Shown here: positions 40,786-43,458 of the stretch, piece by piece
How the letters are laid out: the number at the start of each line of letters is the position of its first letter
Numbering within the stretch: the first letter of the stretch is position 1
DNA from: Acidobacteriota bacterium
Lineage (GTDB): Bacteria > Acidobacteriota > Vicinamibacteria > Vicinamibacterales > CAVVIG01
Length of the DNA: 43,458 bases
NCBI GenBank assembly: GCA_043759095.1
Contig: JAYVMG010000382.1
Span: 1 to 43,458, forward strand
Direction of reading: 5' to 3'
Position numbers and translations under genes: made by a program
Notes under the pieces: model-generated
The model's database searches: none
What the model was told of the DNA's origin: nothing
The model's input: the letters and a program-made list of their open reading frames with translations, nothing else

Positions 40786-42282
40786 ATGCGAGTCAGATTC
40801 GCTCCAAGCCCCACCGGGCAATTGCACGTCGGCAACGCGCGCACCGTGTTGTTCAACTGGCTGCTTGCGCGCGGCTCTGGCGGCACGTTGATCCTTCGCA
40901 TCGAGGACACCGATGTCGAGCGATCGACGAAAGAATCTGAAGCGGCGATCGTCCGCGATCTGCGATGGTTGGGCCTCGACTGGGACGAAGGGCCGGACAT
41001 CGGCGGCGCGCACGGTCCGTATCGCCAGTCCGAGCGGCTGCACCTGTATCAGTCGTACGCCGCGGAACTACTGAGCGCCGACGCGGCGTACTACTGTTTC
41101 TGCTCGATGGCGCAGCTCGACGTCGACCGTCAGGAGGCGCTGGCTGCCGGACGGCCGGCGCGGTACGCCGGCACCTGCCGCCGGCTCTCGCGCGAGCAGG
41201 CCTCGGAGCGCATCACGGCCGGCGAGCGCCCGGCGATCCGCTTTCGCATTCCTGAAGAGCGCGACGTCGTGTTCACTGACGCGGTGCGCGGGGATGTCCG
41301 TTTTCAAACCGATGTCATCGGCGATCCGATCATCGTTCGCGCCGACGGCACGCCCGCGTACAACTTCGCGGTGGTCGTCGATGATGCGTTGATGGAAGTG
41401 ACGCATGTGGTGCGCGGCGAGGATCACATCTCGAACACCCCGCGGCAGATTCTGTTGTACGAGGCGCTCGGTTTCGCGCCGCCCACGTTTGCGCATCTCT
41501 CGCTGGTGATGGGACCGGATCACAGCCCGCTGTCGAAGCGGCATGGCGCGACGTCCGTGGCCGAGTTCCGCTCGAAGGGCTATCTTCCCGAAGCGCTGGT
41601 GAACTACCTGGCGCTGATCGGCTGGTCGCCGGGTGGTGGAGACGAGCTGCTGCCCATCGACGAGCTCGCGCATCGCTTCTCGCTCGAGAAGGTTGGGCAC
41701 AGTGCGGGCGTGTTCGACGAAGAGAAGCTGGCGTGGGCGAACCGGCACTACCTGAAGATCGCGGCCCCGGCGCGGATCGCGGAGCTGTCGCTGCCGTACT
41801 TCAATGACGCCGGCGTGCGGATGGCGCCCGACGATCGCGGGCTCGAGTTTCTGGCGACGGCCATGGCCATGGGTGCGTCGGTGGACCGGCTCAGCCAGGT
41901 GCCGGCGCGGCTGGCGCTGCTCTTCGACTACGACGCGGACGCGGCGCTGGCCGACGAGCAGCTCCTGAGCGAGATGCGCGGCGGTGAGGCGCGGTCGGTG
42001 GTCGTCGCACTGGCCGAGGAATTGGCGTCGGCGCCGCGGCTCGATCGCGAAAAATTTCGCGACGTCGCGAACCGTGTGAAGACCCGGACGGGTCAAAAGG
42101 GGAAAGCCCTCTTCCATCCGATTCGGGTGGTGCTGACCGGCCGCGCCGAAGGACCGGAGCTCGACTTGGCCGTGCCGGCGATCGATCTCGGCGCAGAGCT
42201 GCCGGCGTCGGCCGGCATCCCAACGATTATCGGCAACCGCGAGCGCGCGGCCGCATTCGCGCGCGCGCTGGAGGCTCGGTGA
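40786..42282 (+). CDS. gltX: Glutamate--tRNA ligase
   Basis: RVRFAPSPTGQLHVGNARTVLFNW (HIGH) and LSKRHG (KMSKS-like). Confidence 0.95.
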   Translation: MRVRFAPSPTGQLHVGNARTVLFNWLLARGSGGTLILRIEDTDVERSTKESEAAIVRDLRWLGLDWDEGPDIGGAHGPYRQSERLHLYQSYAAELLSADAAYYCFCSMAQLDVDRQEALAAGRPARYAGTCRRLSREQASERITAGERPAIRFRIPEERDVVFTDAVRGDVRFQTDVIGDPIIVRADGTPAYNFAVVVDDALMEVTHVVRGEDHISNTPRQILLYEALGFAPPTFAHLSLVMGPDHSPLSKRHGATSVAEFRSKGYLPEALVNYLALIGWSPGGGDELLPIDELAHRFSLEKVGHSAGVFDEEKLAWANRHYLKIAAPARIAELSLPYFNDAGVRMAPDDRGLEFLATAMAMGASVDRLSQVPARLALLFDYDADAALADEQLLSEMRGGEARSVVVALAEELASAPRLDREKFRDVANRVKTRTGQKGKALFHPIRVVLTGRAEGPELDLAVPAIDLGAELPASAGIPTIIGNRERAAAFARALEAR

Positions 42283-42290
42283 TGATCGCG

Positions 42291-42410
42291 ATCAACTCTC
42301 AGGTCTCAACTCTCAAGTCTCAGCTCACATCGTTCAACGGTCACCGCTCGGAGCTGCCGACAGTTGAGGTTCGATCCCTGAGAGTTGAGCGTTGAGCTTT
42401 GAGAGTTGAC
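42291..42410. repeat. GTCTCAACTCTCAG-family inverted pair, copy 3 (gltX-rlmB spacer)
   Basis: Left arm ATCAACTCTCAGGTCTCAACTCTCAAGTCTCAGCTCAC (42291-42328). Right arm CCTGAGAGTTGAGCGTTGAGCTTTGAGAGTTGAC (42377-42410). Confidence 0.85.
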
Positions 42411-42413
42411 TCC

Positions 42414-43136
42414 ATGTTGATCTACGGCATTAACCCCGTCCTCGAAGCGATTCGAGCGAAGCGCGCGACGTCGATTCGCGTCTCGCCGCGCGCGGACGAT
42501 CGATTGACGAAGGTGGTGCAGCTGGCGGAGGCGCAGGGTGTGCCGGTGCACCGCGTCAGCGTCGACGAGCTCGACCGTCTCGCTGGTGGCGCGCGGCACA
42601 AGCATCAAGGCGTCATCGGCGACGTCGAAGAGGCGGGATCGTACAGCGTCGAGGACCTGGTGATCGGCGCGAAGGCGGCGCCGCTCCTCGTGGTGCTCGA
42701 CAGCATCGAGGATCCGCACAACGTCGGCGCGATTCTGCGGACGGTGGACGCGGCGGGCGGCGACGGTGTCGTCCGGCAGTCGCGTCATGCGGCGCGGCTC
42801 GACGGCGCGGCGGCCAAGGCGTCGGCGGGCGCGGTGGCGCACGTGAAGATCGCCGAGGTGGTGAACATCGCGCGCGCGATCGACATCCTGAAGGATTCGG
42901 GCGTCTGGACGGTCGGCCTGGCTGGGGACGCGTCGAAGCGGTATGACGAAGTGGATCTGACGCAGCCGACGGCGATCGTGGTCGGGGCCGAGGGGACGGG
43001 GTTGCGGCGGCTGGTGCGGGAGCGGTGTGACTGGCTGGTGTCGATCCCGATGGGCGGCCATGTTCAAAGTTTGAACGTGTCGGTGGCGGCCGGTATTGTC
43101 TTGTTTGAGGCCGTACGGCAGCGAACACCAAAATGA
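42414..43136 (+). CDS. rlmB: 23S rRNA (guanosine-2'-O)-methyltransferase RlmB (SpoU/TrmH family)
   Basis: MLIYGINPVLEAI, LDSIEDPHNVGAILRT, IPMGGHVQSLNVSVAAGI. ATG 42414 is preferred to TTG 42399, which lies inside a repeat. Confidence 0.88.
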   Translation: MLIYGINPVLEAIRAKRATSIRVSPRADDRLTKVVQLAEAQGVPVHRVSVDELDRLAGGARHKHQGVIGDVEEAGSYSVEDLVIGAKAAPLLVVLDSIEDPHNVGAILRTVDAAGGDGVVRQSRHAARLDGAAAKASAGAVAHVKIAEVVNIARAIDILKDSGVWTVGLAGDASKRYDEVDLTQPTAIVVGAEGTGLRRLVRERCDWLVSIPMGGHVQSLNVSVAAGIVLFEAVRQRTPK

Positions 43137-43216
43137 GTACAATGGGAGGTTGTCGCATCCTTGAGGGCGCGTCCCTGGGGGGGCGATGACCGTCCTTCGA
43201 TCAACCCGGCAAGCGC

Positions 43217-43245
43217 TTGCAGGGTGGCACGGGACGTGCTAAAGT
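43217..43245 (+). promoter_or_regulatory. Putative promoter for the tRNA-Thr/tRNA-Tyr cluster
   Basis: TTGCAG (43217-43222), 17-nt spacer, TAAAGT (43240-43245), about 15 nt upstream of tRNA-Thr. Confidence 0.4.
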
Positions 43246-43260
43246 TCACCTTTTGTCTTG

Positions 43261-43334
43261 GCTGGCGTAGCTCAGTCTGGTAGAGCAGCTGATTTGTAAT
43301 CAGCAGGTCGGGGGTTCGAATCCCTTCGCCAGCT
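43261..43334 (+). tRNA. tRNA-Thr (anticodon TGT), CCA not encoded
   Basis: Acceptor GCTGGCG/CGCCAGC, D-arm GCTCAGTCTGGTAGAGC, anticodon stem GCTGA/TCAGC with loop TTTGTAA, T-loop TTCGAAT. Confidence 0.9.
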
Positions 43335-43398
43335 CCGTCGACGAAGCCCCGGTCTTAGGTACGAGCCGAAACATTCGTTTTCCAACACACAGCTAGCT

Positions 43399-43458
43399 GG
43401 CGAGGTAGCGAAGCGGTCAAACGCAGCAGACTGTAAATCTGTCGCCCTAGCGGCTTCG
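43399..43458 (+). tRNA. tRNA-Tyr (anticodon GTA), 3' end cut by the window edge
   Basis: GGCGAGGTAGCGAAGCGGTCAAACGCAGCAGACTGTAAATCTGT plus the start of a long variable arm. Parallels bacterial tRNA-Tyr. Confidence 0.8.

Overview
High-GC bacterial chromosome segment with strongly GC3-biased codons. Protein signatures suggest an Acidobacteriota-like soil bacterium, but that is inference only. Content is almost entirely core housekeeping genes in tightly packed operons. In order: (1) nuoF-H-J-K-L-M-N, with nuoG and nuoI missing from their canonical slots; (2) a GT-C glycosyltransferase; (3) selA, a di-heme cytochrome c and a PQQ dehydrogenase; (4) a cold-shock gene and purH; (5) an LPS-core operon (Trm112-like, GT9 heptosyltransferase, O-antigen-ligase-like, heptose-7-P kinase); (6) TPR protein, LolB-like lipoprotein, ispE, tRNA-Gln, prs, rplY, pth; (7) rpsF-rpsR-rplI-dnaB; (8) dienelactone hydrolase, alr, radA and a PIN-TRAM (YacL-like) gene; (9) ispDF-gltX-rlmB, then tRNA-Thr and tRNA-Tyr. 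The only accessory-looking stretch is about 34.1-39.5 kb, which interrupts the conserved yacL-ispDF neighbourhood. It holds an ECF sigma/anti-sigma/unknown-protein module, a small nucleotidyltransferase with an overlapping 65-aa ORF, a decayed Ser/Thr kinase-propeller pseudogene, and plsC. I found no transposase, integrase, CRISPR array, prophage or recognisable defence system. The most unusual signal is non-genic. Many operon junctions are filled by short tandem-oligomer arrays (often heptad-periodic) arranged as inverted pairs, by a roughly 93-nt palindromic element, and by GC-rich tetraloop hairpins. Pieces of the same motifs sit in frame inside conserved genes: nuoL, purH, alr, selA, the ispDF linker, the PQQ-dehydrogenase N-terminus, the LolB-like N-terminus and the kinase remnant. 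This resembles Rickettsia palindromic elements and cyanobacterial STRR heptamers. Other points to check: a terminator-like hairpin inside the csp leader, a GT9 gene whose conserved N-terminus has no canonical start codon, and a PQQ dehydrogenase with a D-x-D (lanthanide-type) motif but no vicinal Cys-Cys. All calls come from reading the sequence and from family motifs recalled from memory. No searches were run.
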